From Epithemia pelagica (Eukaryota > Protista > Bacillariophyta): a stretch of DNA of 64,000 nucleotides. The position numbers and the translations under genes were made by a program. Positions 47,101 to 59,775 of this stretch are shown piece by piece. Under the pieces are notes generated by a model, which saw only the letters and a list, made by a program, of their open reading frames with translations, made no database searches and was not told the DNA's origin. Where the stretch lies: positions 496,001 to 560,000 of the forward strand of contig OX337231.1 in assembly GCA_946965045.2 (NCBI GenBank). Reading direction: 5' to 3'. The stretch's first letter is position 1, and each line of letters starts with the position of its first letter.

Positions 47101-47967
47101 GCTTCCCGCTGTTTCAAACGTGGTGGAGATACCGGCCACGGCCACGGACGGTGGTTCTTCTTGTTGTTCGCGTCGATGGGATGTGGATTGTCGTCCTGGT
47201 TGTTTCGAAGACGAAGAAGCAGTGGCTCGGCTGCGTGATTGAAGGGAAGCGGCGGCTCGCAGGACCGAGGCTGTTTCGTGAAATCGATCCGTCGCATGCA
47301 TGCGAGCCAATTCGGGTTTTTGGTTCTTGTTGTTGTTGATGTGTGGATGGTCGGTATCGACGTTCGTCGTGGTTGCTGTACCGGATCCTTGTCGATGCAA
47401 GGCCATGAGATAGCCCGCGACATGGGCCAAGGAGGAGGCATTGTCGGGTGGTGGCGATTGTGGTTGCTGTTGTGTTTGTTGCTCTTCTTCCTGGTCGAGT
47501 TGTGCTTGAATGGCCCGAGCGGCCTGGAGGAGTTTGGCGCGAATTTCTTTCGACGATTTACCTTGTTGCTGCAAGGCTTGAACGGCCTTGTGTTCTTCGG
47601 CGCGTTTCGCTTGTTGCAACAAGGCCTCGGCTTCGTGTTCGTACGGTGTCGAATGCGACAGCCGCACGGCCGGTACGTCGTTGGTCGCGTCGTCCTGCGG
47701 GCGGGTCTTCGTTGTCAATGGGGATTGTTGTGATGGTGGTGGTGAGGGGGACGATTGAGGTCCATGATGATGGACGGTGCGGGTGGAGGGATTGGTGTCG
47801 GCCGTGTCGGTTCCCGACGATCCACCTCCCACATACTGCGATTCTCGTCGCGCTTGTTGCAACAAGACTTGAGCTTCCTTTTGATAGGGTGCCGATTGCG
47901 ACAACAAGGGCGACAAGGACGAGGATGACTTGGGTGATGGTTTGGGGGTTGGGTTGTTGGAATCCAT
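44199..47967 (-). CDS. MscS-like mechanosensitive channel 1 (predicted exons 47967-46711, 46558-46321, 46220-45987, 45846-45509, 45425-44199)
   Basis: MscS core (SLIVAFSFMIG, LGRQPYDVGDKI, NGALARCRLINMNRS), EF-hand-like segment, N-terminal TM helices; GT-AG introns restore the frame. Confidence 0.85.
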
Positions 47968-48477
47968 GTTGGTGGTGGTGGCAGGTGTGGTCTTGTGCGA
48001 TGGTGGTGGTGGTGGTGGTGTCCTGGAACGAATGTTCGTGGTCGTTCTTGTTGTTGCGGTGGTTTGGTCTTGTCCTCAAGCTCGTTTGGAACGAAACTGA
48101 CACTCTCACCCGTCGTCCGACCTCGAAAGAGACATAATATGTAGAGAGGCAGCGACAACAAAGACCGTCGTTCGTTTCTTTTCTTCGACACACACCTTGG
48201 TGCTTGGTGATCGTCGTCGTCGTTGTTTCTTGGAAGAAAGATCCGAATTTTTGTGTCGTGTTGTGTGGAGGGACGATACTATAGCCCTGTCACATCGTAC
48301 GAGCGGTGCGCTTTCTCACTTATTTCGAGGCTCTTATAAAAACTAATGGTAATACTTAACTCCTATGTCTGCTACTTATGGAATGGGGGCCAGGGGGATG
48401 CGCGGCCGGCGCTGGAAGGAAATCACACGACCAAACAAGATTTTTGGAATGGCTGCCACCAACAAAAAGGAGACCAG

Positions 48478-51400
48478 ATGGCGAACGACGACGAGGACGA
48501 GACCACTGTTCCCAGTGGCAACCACGACCATGAAGACGACCCTGTGTCCTCCAGCTCCAGTCCGAAAATGACGTCAACGAGGGAGAAAGTAGTGCAGTTT
48601 ATCGAACCGCAAAAGAATGGTGCACCAACTTCAAGGAAGATACCAGCGGAGGATCTGGAGGTGTCGTCCTCCGTCGTCCAGCCATCGAGGGCCACTCCCC
48701 TCATGACGACGACGACCACCACCACCACCACCACCAACACCAACACCAACACCAACACCAACAACCAGAAACTTCCAACGTCAGCCGACGAACGAGCCTC
48801 GCACCTTCTTTCGCAAGCCACACAGCATGAAACCGAAGCCGAAACACGGTTGCTCCAAGCCTTGGATGTCGAACGACAACAGCAGCAAGGCAGTCCGAAC
48901 AAGAGCAAGACGAAAAAGGCCAACCCACCACCCGTGTTTCCCGACAATTTACCCTCCACCGCCCTGCCCGTCGTCCAAGACTATGAAGATGACCCCGAAC
49001 GGAGCGAATCCTCCTCGTCGTCCTTGTGGAATTCACCAACGGCCACCACCACTCCACAAAGTCAACCAAAACAACGGAGTACCATTGCCTCGTTGGCTCG
49101 TACCACACACTATTTGCAAGCCTTGCATCAGGAAACCCGACAACCACCGTCGGACCATCCGCCAACCACTACGACAAACCCATCCAATCCCAATCCCAAT
49201 ACTACTACGACGAGTGCTCCATCCACTCCTCCACCCCAACGACACAAATTAAATCGTCACGATGTCGATCAATTGGTGGAAGCGAGTTCAGCCGATCGCA
49301 TGGTCCATGTGGGCACGCTCCTCCATGCGGCGGCCACGCTGGGAACTCGAGTCCGACGACGACCGCCAACACCCCCAACACCCGAAGAAGAAGAAGAAGA
49401 AGCAACCCACGCTCCGACTCCCCACCATGGTGGTGGTGGTAGTCCCAGTGTGATTATTCCAGAACCTCCCACCCACATAACAGAGGAGGGCGACAACGAC
49501 CCCGAAAGGGAAGGAGTGGGAGGCAATCGCAATGCATCATCTTCCATTCCTTCCTTTCAGCGTCAAGGAACGTCCATGGATCTGGACGAACCGCTCGTAC
49601 CCAACGACAACGACCCGTCCCATTCTTCTTCGAATGCTGCTCCTCATCGCAGTGGTGCGGCTGGCCGCGTCTGGCATGCCCTACCGCAAGCCGTCACGAA
49701 CCGCCTGTCTCGGACCATGGAGGTGACGGAACAAGAAAGGTCTTCTTTTGCCGACTTTTTTCGACCCAAACAAGCCGTGGTGCAAAAGGAATTGGCCGTC
49801 ACGACCATGGTCGTCATGGGACCCTGCCTGGTCATTGCCCTCCTTCTCTTTTATGCCGCCGACAATCCGCCGGTACGTATCGTAGTATTGGAATCGTTTG
49901 TGATGCGCGCGCCATGGTTCCATCGTTTGTTGTATTGCATTGGACTTGAATCGTAGGCCAAGTGATGCGCGCCATGGTCGTTGGTTGGGCCTTCTGACTT
50001 TTTTGGTTTTCTTGTTTGGCTTTCTTCTTCTTCTTCTACTACTACTACTACTAGACGGGTCGTTGCAAGGATCCCGACAATCCGGACGAACCGTGTGGAT
50101 TGAATTCGCAAAATGAACTCGTGGCATCCTCCTCTTGGTGGTTGCTGTTTTTGGGAGTCCGACAACCCTTGGTGTGGTTGTTGTCCCGCGCATCCGATGT
50201 CTTGTTTATTGATTGGTTCTTGTTGCAACATGCCTTTGTGGTACGCTTGTTGGGACCCCGCATTTCCCTCATTTTTGTGCAAAGCAAGGGATGGCCCTCC
50301 ATTGCCGGCTGGTGGGCCTTTTGGGCCGCGGTCCTCTTGTATGGCGAGGGCGACTTTCACCACCATTGGCTCTACTTTCAAGAGTGGATCACCATTTTTA
50401 CCAACCAAAATCCCAGTGGCACTGTCACCACCGATCAATGGTTTCAAGATTTGCTCGTGGTGGCCGTCGTGGTGGCCTTGACCGTGTCCATGAAACGGTA
50501 TTGGCTGGGCCTGCATTTGGGAACACGACTGTACAGTACGTAGCTGTAGTAGTATCGATTCAAAGGAACAACGGAATGGATCGAATGGGAACCCTCTCAT
50601 TGTCATTTCTGTATATTGTGCTGTGTGACTTTTTTTGTTTGGTTGGTTCCAACACACTTACAACACTCACAGCTCGGTTCCATGAACGCGTCGAAGAAGC
50701 CATGAACATGATTGCCTTGGTGAGTGAATTGGCCTTGCGGGCGCGACGGAAGCGAGATTTGAAACGGACCCATTCCGACTATCTGCGGCATCAACATACG
50801 ATGGACGAGGAGGAAGATAGCCACCACGACAAGGACGACGACGACGACGACAAGACGACTCTTCAAACCGATTCCCGCAACGTCGTGGACGAGGACAAGA
50901 CTGGGTCCGACCGGCGGGAGGAAGAATCCAACAAGGGCTCTGGAACAGCGCATGATGTGAAAGCAAGTAATGCTCACGAATCGGTGACACGACCTAGCAG
51001 TGGTGGTAGCACAACCATTCGATCGTTTGAAGAAATTGACTACAATGAGCTGTTGGAACCATGGACGGACCCACCCAGAAAGGGATCCGGGGTAAGATCT
51101 CGCTGTCAAAGTGCGTAGGCAGAGTGGCAGAGCACATTTCTGACTCCTTTGTTTGGTTTTCAGGAGGAAGTGACGGGACATCAGATTATTGAATTCCGCC
51201 AGGCGTTTGCCGTCATGACAAAGCAGTATTTCTTTTCCAGTGCCTTTGGACCGGTCGAGTCACGGCACCAATGCATCAAAAACTCGGATCGCTTGTTTCG
51301 TCGCATCTTGATACTCATGGGCAAAGACGCAAAGCAAGATGACGAAACAATTGATCTGAACCAGCTCACTCGGTGGATGTACAAGGGACTCAAGAAGGAA

Positions 51401-52381
51401 AAAGATGAGGCTCGTGCGGCTGAGTTGATCAAGCTGTTTGGCCCCGATAGCGAAGGATGCATTGGAATTTTTGACTTTGTGCAAGCTATCGACCATGTCT
51501 ACAAGAAAGTAAGATTATTGGAGAACGCCGTGAAGAACGCTTCCCATATTGATCGAGGCTACGAAAGAGTCATCAACATTTTCTTCTACATGATCTTGGG
51601 ATTTATTGTGTTGGCGATTACGAGTATGGATATCTTGACCTTGATTGTTGCTTTTTCGTCGCTGATAGTAGCCTTTTCCTTCATGATTGGACCCGCTGCC
51701 GCCCAAATCTTTGAAGGTGTTCTGCTTGTCTTGGGTCGTCAACCGTACGACATTGGTGACAAGATTTCTATTGACAATGTCGATGAACCACCCAACATGG
51801 ATGGCTCCCTGCACTGGATGGTGGAAAAGATTGACCTTGTGACAACAACGGCACGGTTGATGGGGACCAACGAATTGGCGAGTTTTTCGAATGGTTCCAT
51901 CGCACAAAGTCGAATCATCAATATGAATCGGTCACCGGATGCACTGGTTTACGTATACGTCAGGTTTGCGACGGATGTTCCGTACTCGACCATTATGGTC
52001 TTTCGATCCGCAGTGGAGGGCTTTATTAACGAACGCCCCCAGGAATGGCAAGGAATGACAGGATTCCGCGCCAACAGGGTGGAAGCACAAGAAAACTTTG
52101 TCGAGTACATGATCGTTCTCAAGCATCGTCTCACGTGGCAGTCCTTGATACCAGTGTTGGAGAGCAAGGGTGCTGTTTCCAGTTTTTGTGTGGAGCTCCA
52201 AAAGAAGTTGGGATGCCACTACAGCGCCCCTTCAATGCCGGTGGAAATCATGCTTCCAAAACCAGAAGCATCTAGCCAGAACGACCCTGCTTCGCGATTC
52301 AAAAAGAACAACAACTCGGATTCAGTGAAGCGCCTCATGGAGATGGCAAAAATGTTCAGTTCAACTTCCAGCGCAAAATGA
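48478..52381 (+). CDS. MscS-like mechanosensitive channel 2 (predicted exons 48478-49872, 50055-50535, 50673-51091, 51164-52381)
   Basis: Paralog of channel 1 (LGRQPYDIGDKI, NGSIAQSRIINMNRS) with three shared intron positions. Confidence 0.87.
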
Positions 52382-53739
52382 TCATTCGAACTGCCCCTGC
52401 CATTATGTTCAACTTTCAGCAAATGATCAGTCGAACACGAACTCCCCTGGACCGCCTGAATTAGTAATTGATTACAGGGGACGTTGCTTTGACCAGCCCA
52501 AATCTTTGTTCGTGTTAACTGCACATCACACACCGGGGTGCAACTCCTGAAAAGAGATCCCAAGCCTCATACTTGCGGATGATATCGATCAACAGATAGG
52601 TAACCGTTGGTGAGGAACTGGTTTATACCCGCGAAGTGAAAAAAGGAGTGATTCAGAGCGAGGGTAGCAGTCCTTTTCCAAGCGGTCCCGCCCACAGCTG
52701 TATGTTCGCAATATACGATACTCATAGGTGAAAGAAGTTTTACGAAGGGGCAGAATAGACCATGTAGGATGTAGGTGAGATGACCAACATGAGAATTCTC
52801 TTTCTCATCGCTTTGAAAGGTTGACCTCTATAAGAACCGTCATTGCACTGTCCATTAGAAGTCATGCGTAAGAATGTTCGCATGTACTATGAAGAGGAAT
52901 CGGGAGCCTTTTCTAGCAGTCTACGAGAATGAATGTCATCCAGTTGATCAACGTCTTTACAACGAGATTCCACTTCGCTTTGAAAGGTTGGTCTGTACGG
53001 ACATTTATTGAGCTGATCATTCAAAGCCTAACGTAATGATGTTCGCACTAAGACGACGAAAAGGAAGCCTTTTTACGAAGAAGTCGAGATAGGAGGGAAC
53101 CAGAATCAACCTCTTCCAAGCGACTTCTCTTTGCTTCGCTTACATGATGGTCCATTATAGGATGCAGGACCAGCACCACTTTAAACGACCATCTTCATTT
53201 ACTTGGCCAGTTGACGATGAACCGAGTCTCCGTCTTTTACCATTACGTTCGTATAGTCGTCTACGAAATTATCATATGCCTGTTCGCAATCGACGACGGA
53301 AGAGAATCAAGCCATCTTTCTCATTATATAGCCGACAATGCATGATATAATAGCCCCAAGTAATACATTTTATCCTCAACGCCGGAATCAAACTGTAGGA
53401 GATGTTAACTGCGTATTCCCTTCCAGAATTTGTCTTGATCTCTGCGGAGCAAGCTCAAACAAGAGCTCAAACAAGATTCCTGAGCTTGTTTTGAAAGTCA
53501 GCTCAGTCATCAAGGGTTTTACGTTACCTTGGTCCCTTTCCGATTTCTCGTCTCTATAGCCGACACATCAGCGTCCCAAGCTCCAGAACTTATTGTTTCC
53601 TGTTTGAAGGTGGATATACGTTTCCATCGACCAATCATGGTATCCATCCCAACTTTATAGAGGCCATTTGCATGCAGCACTTGCCAGAAACACATTGCGG
53701 TTAAGAATGTGCCCATTGCGGTACGTGAAGCGCCGAGGA

Positions 53740-56130
53740 TCAGAGTGGATTGTTGTCGTTGGGTGGGTGGCCCGTATTATTATTATTATTGTTGTTGTTG
53801 TTCATCATGAGAAACATTCGCAAGGTATCCTGTTGATTCGTGTTATTGTTGTTGTTGCTGGGGGTTGTGGTCGCAAACGCCGGAGTACCGTCGGTGAAAC
53901 TGCTGCTGGAATCGGCGGTCTGCTGCTGGGTGGAAAAGGTACCAGGATTAACCGAAGGCATGGAACTTTGTTGTTGTTGTTGTTGTTGCTGTTGTTGCGT
54001 TGTCATGGGACCTTGCGTGGTTGTGGTGGTGCGAGTGGGATCCTCTTCCAACAAGAGCGACGAAAAGAATCCATCGTCGGTTCCTCCATCACCGATACCG
54101 GCATTGCGCAAGAGCACGGATGTATTGGATTCAATCGAAAGTCCCCGCACCAGACCGGATCCTTGAACAGGAATGATTCCATTCGGGGAGTTGCCATCCG
54201 CATTCATTGCCATCATCATTCGTAGGGATCCGGTGGACATGAGGCTATTTCGATGCTGCTGCTGCTGTGAGGGTGTCGACGGCTGTGTCGTCGTCATACC
54301 AGCATGCTGTTGTGGTTGTTGCTGCTGTTGGGGTTGCGGCCACGGTTCAGACGAGGACAAGGTTGAAATGCCTCGCAGGGAAAGCAACCGTTCGGCATTC
54401 GGTGGCTGTACCATTATGGACGAGGGAGGCAAATCCATTTTTTGTTTCGGATGTGGTGGCAGTGTTGGACCACCACCACCACCACCAACCTGTGATGCGT
54501 TTGCAAGATGGTTGGGCCCTGTTCCAATCGACGATACAAATTGTTGTTGTTGTTGTTGCTGCTGCTGGGGAGGTTGCATTCTTTGTGGTTGTTGTTGTTG
54601 CTGCTGGGGGATGGAATGCGACTGATGCGTACTATTGGAGAGTGGTTGAGGCAATACCATGTTGTTGTTCCCGATATTTCCACCGCCAAAGTTGGGCATG
54701 GACGACGACGACAAGCTTTCCCATTGTGGCTGTTGTTGTGATTGTGGCATTTGTTGTTGCTGTTGCTGTTGCTGAAGCTGTTGTTGTTGTTGTTGTTGCT
54801 GCTGCTGAAGATGTTGTTGTTGTTGTTGTGGTGTCATCCATTGCACTGGTGATCCTGTCAGGGCATCCAATGGTGGTGGAAGAATGGCATGGGAACCATT
54901 GCTTCCATTTGTTTGGTTGGACGCCAGAGAAGCCATGTGTTGCTGCTGCTGCTGCTGCTGCTGCTGTTGGACATGAAGAGAGGCATCCATGCGATTGACC
55001 GAGTTGGTACTGCTGCTGGTATGACTGTGATGCCGAAGCGTGCTGCCCGCACTATGGGTTGTGTGGCTAGACGCTCGACTATTGGTGGCGGTCGATGGTT
55101 GACGTTGTTGTTGGTGCAATCGTTGCAATTGCATTTGTTGTTGTTGTTGCATGGCCATCATGACTTGTTCCATGCGTGCCAACAAATCCAATTCCAATCG
55201 TCCAAATCGTTCTTCATGTTTCACGCTCAAGGATTGCAATTGACCTTCCATGGCGGAAATGGAATCCTTTAGGGAATGCACTTGACGCACTTGGTCGGCA
55301 CCACCTCCCCCCTGGGTGCCGCCGCCCGCCGCGAGAGTTCCCCCGGGGCCACCACCACCACTGCCTCGCGTCGATCGCGTAATGTGTTGCAACAAATCGC
55401 ATCGTCCCCGTTGAAAGGATTCGTGATAAAAGGTGACATATTTGGCCGCCCGTTGGGCTTGGGGATCATCGTGACGAATGGGTTTGGATTGCAATTTCCG
55501 AAAGCCATAAAAGTTTAATTGTCGGGCAAAGGATGAGAATTTGGAATGATCAAAGAATTGTGGAATGACTTGACTGGCAAAAATATCCGGTTCTTTAATG
55601 ACAAAGGCATCGCCTTCTTCCGTCCAACCAGCCACAAAGGGATCGCAGGAATCAATCATTTTGTACGTTTTTTGCAAAAAGATTGGCGTTGTCGCACATT
55701 TGCTCGAGGATTTGGCGGTAAAAGCCTTTTTGGTGGAGGACTTTTTGGTGGTGGTGGAGGATGCTGGTAGGGATATTGCATTCTCCTCCAGAGTGGTCAT
55801 GTTGGACGTGTAGGATCCAGCACCCATGTCACCACCACCACCACTACCAATCGGTGGAGGGGGTACCATGCCTTGTGGAAGAAAGGAGGAAGCAGCAGCA
55901 GCCGAAGATGGATTGGTTCCACCATTTGCCGTACCACCACCCGATCGCATTCGACGACGTTTGGTACCGACTGGACCAGGAAACTGAAACGACTTCATCT
56001 GGGTCAATGTCGATGAGGAGGAGGAGGAAGGATCAAAGGTAAGAGCTGCATTTGGAGTGACGTTGTTCATAGCAGAAGCAGTTGTATCCTCTGAGGGGGT
56101 CGTAGGCATCATGCTTGGATGGTGGCCCAC
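53740..56130 (-). CDS. HSF: Heat-shock-factor family transcription factor with poly-Q tail
   Basis: HSF DNA-binding domain PIFLQKTYKMID...FVIKEPDIFASQVIPQFFDHSKFSSFARQLNFYGFRK followed by a coiled coil. Confidence 0.92.
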   Translation of the reverse strand: MGHHPSMMPTTPSEDTTASAMNNVTPNAALTFDPSSSSSSTLTQMKSFQFPGPVGTKRRRMRSGGGTANGGTNPSSAAAASSFLPQGMVPPPPIGSGGGGDMGAGSYTSNMTTLEENAISLPASSTTTKKSSTKKAFTAKSSSKCATTPIFLQKTYKMIDSCDPFVAGWTEEGDAFVIKEPDIFASQVIPQFFDHSKFSSFARQLNFYGFRKLQSKPIRHDDPQAQRAAKYVTFYHESFQRGRCDLLQHITRSTRGSGGGGPGGTLAAGGGTQGGGGADQVRQVHSLKDSISAMEGQLQSLSVKHEERFGRLELDLLARMEQVMMAMQQQQQMQLQRLHQQQRQPSTATNSRASSHTTHSAGSTLRHHSHTSSSTNSVNRMDASLHVQQQQQQQQQQHMASLASNQTNGSNGSHAILPPPLDALTGSPVQWMTPQQQQQHLQQQQQQQQQQLQQQQQQQQMPQSQQQPQWESLSSSSMPNFGGGNIGNNNMVLPQPLSNSTHQSHSIPQQQQQQPQRMQPPQQQQQQQQQFVSSIGTGPNHLANASQVGGGGGGPTLPPHPKQKMDLPPSSIMVQPPNAERLLSLRGISTLSSSEPWPQPQQQQQPQQHAGMTTTQPSTPSQQQQHRNSLMSTGSLRMMMAMNADGNSPNGIIPVQGSGLVRGLSIESNTSVLLRNAGIGDGGTDDGFFSSLLLEEDPTRTTTTTQGPMTTQQQQQQQQQQSSMPSVNPGTFSTQQQTADSSSSFTDGTPAFATTTPSNNNNNTNQQDTLRMFLMMNNNNNNNNNTGHPPNDNNPL

Positions 56131-57182
56131 ACAAACACACCTCTATCTTCCCTTTGTTATTTTTGGAACGATAATACTTTGTTTGAACTCAACCAGAAAG
56201 GGGAAGCAGCATGGGTCGACCACGCTCTTGTCTGGTCCAAGCCGCCGTACAAAGTGACACGTGAATGTGCTCGTCTTCTCTAGAGGGAAGGGTCGTCGTC
56301 TTGCTTCCCACACACACAAACGATTCCGCGGTGTGTATGATGCACGCTGCTGCGGAACCAAAGAAACTGGGTCAACAAGAAGCACCGAGAGATTGTCGTT
56401 ATGATTGAGTAGTATGGATGAAAGGGGAGTGCCAGGTGCCAGCGGTAACACAAACGAAACAAGACAGCGAGGGGAAGGTTCCTATTTCCGTTTGATTTCG
56501 TTAGCAGTTTCGGAGATGCCATGATAGTAGGGGGTTCTATCAAGAGTCAATAAGATTCAATGAAAGAATTTGAGTACCGTTAAAGATCATTCCATTGATA
56601 TTTTGATGTCACATAAATGTCTCATAGGATGTCCTTCCCATTTTCACTTTAATCAGGGTCTTGATATGAGCAGGCCTTATGGCTTTTTGGATGATTTCGT
56701 TCCGGCGCCCGATGTGAACGGAGAACGGAGAACGGAGCGTGTCTGTTGACGTCAAGGTTTTCATACTCTACTACTGACCGGAAGACATGCTCCACTGTAG
56801 CAAGGAAATTTCAAGAAGTAATTCAAAATTAATCCGAGAAACAATGGCCTCTCATGATTCATGATCCAGCTAACAGAGCTACCTGAAGTTGTGTTCGTGG
56901 TACCCCAAGCAACTCCAAAGGGGCCCCTTCTCGCACGCAGTCCATGCATCAAGGAATGGATCTGATCTGTTGCTTCTACTCTAGGTAGACGCTCCTTTGG
57001 TTGACTCGTCCATTGAAAAAAAAACAATCCGTGTCCTAGAGACGCTCATGGCAATCAATGAATTGGTAATAGATCACGGCCGAGTCATGTCCTCTACGAC
57101 TACCAGTCGTTTTCATCTGATAGTCATTTTGGTTTCTGTATGCTGTAATAGATATGAAATACTAAAATAATGTGTAATATGT

Positions 57183-58799
57183 TCAGAATGTCCAACTCGT
57201 CAGAGTGCCATTTTCAAAGCTTTCGTCATAGACTAGTTCCCATGCTCCTTCGACAAACGTCTTGTTGTCCGTATCACAACGAACGCTTGTTAGAAGGCTT
57301 TCGATCGAGGCATTGGCCGTCATGGACTCCATATCATCCAACACAACGATATCACCCGAGGCAATCTCTTCCATCAAGGTGATATTAATGCTTTCCGATG
57401 GAATCACGATAGGCAAGACGGAAATGTGAGCATCTTGTACATTGTGCGATTGTCCCACGGCATAGGCATGATGTCGGTCATTGTCTTCACCTTCGGGTAT
57501 GGCATCATCGCCAATAGTCGACGTTCCATCGGCCACGACGACAATAACCCGTTCGTTCTCGGAATCCTTCAAGGTTTCATAACAGAATCGAATGGCATCT
57601 CCGGTATTGGTCCACCCACCAACAAAGGTAGTATTGACCAAACTGGCACTGGCACTAGCCGCGTCAGTCAGCGAACTCAGAATGGTGGCTTCATCGGAAA
57701 AGACAAGGACCGAAAACCGCTGTGTGGCACCCGCCTCGTCTACACCGGCAATGAATTGACTGGCAAAGTTGAGAACATGGTCAAAGTTTTCACAACACGT
57801 AGGTCCATTGTTAAAAGAGGGATTGCCTTGAATGGCACAGCTACATTTGTAGCATTCCAAGGGCTATCCTACAGAACAAATCGATCCCGACACGTCCAAG
57901 GCGATACAGACATCGATATCTCGATCGGTACAACCGTCAACTGGGGTCGGAGCCGCTGTGAGTGAACTTGTGGGACTTTGGGTCGGAGCCGCTGTGGGCG
58001 TATCTGCGGGACTTTGGGTCGGAACCACGGTGGGTACAACTGTGGGATTTTGGGTCGGAGTCCCTGTGGGTGGTGGCACGCTGCTGGTGGGTTCCAGAGT
58101 GGGCAATTCCGTGGGACTTGTCGTGGGTACCGACGTGGAGGGACTTGCCGTGGGTGACGACGTGAGGGGACTTGCCGTGGGATTCTCTGTTGTACCACAC
58201 GAGGAGTCACACAAGTCTTCGGCCAACTTGACACAAAACAAATCCCATGCCGTCGTACAACAAAAGGAATCTTGTTGACACACGGCACAGGCACATTCCG
58301 AGCAAGCACATCCGGATGCGTTGGGGCGGACCGTCAAACACGAATCACAGGATTCTTCAGCACAAGAAGCGGCCGTTCCTCCCAAGGAGTCGCAAGAACT
58401 AAGGGGTAAGGGTGGACAATCCGTGCACAAACTTTGTGCAATGTTGGCGCACGTGGAATCCCAACCCTGCGTCCCATTCTCGTTGCAACACGTGGGATCA
58501 AAGTCACACACGAGGCATTCACAGGAAAGACAGTTGCATCCACCTTTCGTCGTTGTAGTGGAGTTGGATCCTCCCAACCCCAGCAGCAAGAACAATGGAG
58601 GAACCGATTCCAAACACGAGTCGCATGTACCGTCTTGACAGCCTGTGGAATTCCCATTTTCTTGGATACATTGGTCTTCTTCGAAGGCTTGCACAGTCTC
58701 CAAGGATAAAACACTGAGGAGCACCAACAAGACAACAACCAGGGTGGAAGTCACGGCATTCCTCTTGGACACAACCGCCATTTTCTTGCACAGTTTCAT
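57183..58799 (-). CDS. Secreted Cys-rich repeat + PT linker + vWA-domain protein, with an in-frame TAG at 57864-57866
   Basis: Hydrophobic signal peptide, two CxCxVCxxDxxCC...WDxxC units, PT repeats, vWA DVSGS...TNTGDAI...VVADG. The two ORFs are in one frame (SICSVG*PLECYKC). Confidence 0.7.
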
Positions 58800-58910
58800 T
58801 CTGTCACCTGCCTTGTTGGCCTCGACCTTCTTTTCTTCTTGTGTGTCTGTGTGAGAGAAAATGAAACAGAGGAACTCTACAAGAGTCAGTTTCATGACAT
58901 CTAAAATCCT

Positions 58911-59360
58911 TTTGCTCGTTGCCTGTTCCGTTCTCTCTGGAACGGATGCAGCCTTGCACTAGACAAGATTCGGCTTCCTGCGTAATCACAAAACATCGCG
59001 TTGATTTCGTTTGCTCGCTGGAGGATGCTGTGTTCCTGGTTTCTGGTTATTATCGGTTCTCGGGAACCGTTGTAGCTTTGTCCTACTTCACAAGATTCAG
59101 TTGTTCGCCTTTCCAATTCCATTTGCTCGTTGTGTATGCTCCGTTCTCTGTGGAACGGATGCCGCGTTTGTCCACACAAGATTCATTTCCCCTTGCTCTG
59201 GATTCCGTTTGCTCGTTCTATGCTCCTTGGTTTCTCGCGTTCTCTATGGAACGGATGCTGCCTTTGCACTACAAAAGATTCGGCTCTCTCCATGAATGTT
59301 CCATTCGTTTGCTCGTTGGTCTCTTTTTGCGTACTCGGATGAACGGATGTTGCGTTTGCA
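58911..59360. repeat. Degenerate ~90-100-bp tandem repeat upstream of the vWA gene
   Basis: About 5 copies of TTTGCTCG(T/C)T, most followed by (G)GAACGGATG. Confidence 0.65.
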
Positions 59361-59775
59361 CCTTGGTCGCCAGGATTGTTGACATTCGGAAGCTCTCCCG
59401 TTCCGAGTCTGCCAAAATTTCCCGCAGAAATCGACGTTGTGCTTTTTTCCAACTTTTTGTGCCAAACGCCACTCCATTTGGAAAAATGGGTGTGTACATT
59501 TGCGCGTGTCGCACATCTCGCTCTATTGTAGCGCGGGATATACATAGCTATGTACTCCTAGAGAACACAGCCCATATTAAAGCGAAAATAGGTTAGACAA
59601 TAATAGAATATAGACTCTACCGGTAGGGACGCGGAAAAGGACCCACCGCCATCTATTCGACATGGAGAATAATGGAGAGAACGTAATGTGGGAACTTGAA
59701 TGCCAACTTACTCTCTGCAGTATTCTTGACCCAACCGTAGCCGACACACCCACACAGTTTCTACTAGGTAGTCTT

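Noticed and set aside
52740-53100. Degenerate ~170-bp duplication (CGCTTTGAAAGGTTG...) downstream of MscS 2; a similar local duplication lies at 28530-28780
   Set aside because: Ordinary local duplications with no TIR, TSD or coding signal.
53668-55518. Cys-, Val- and Leu-rich plus-strand ORFs opposite HSF (similarly opposite the MscS genes)
   Set aside because: Antisense shadows of poly-Q/N/T tracts.
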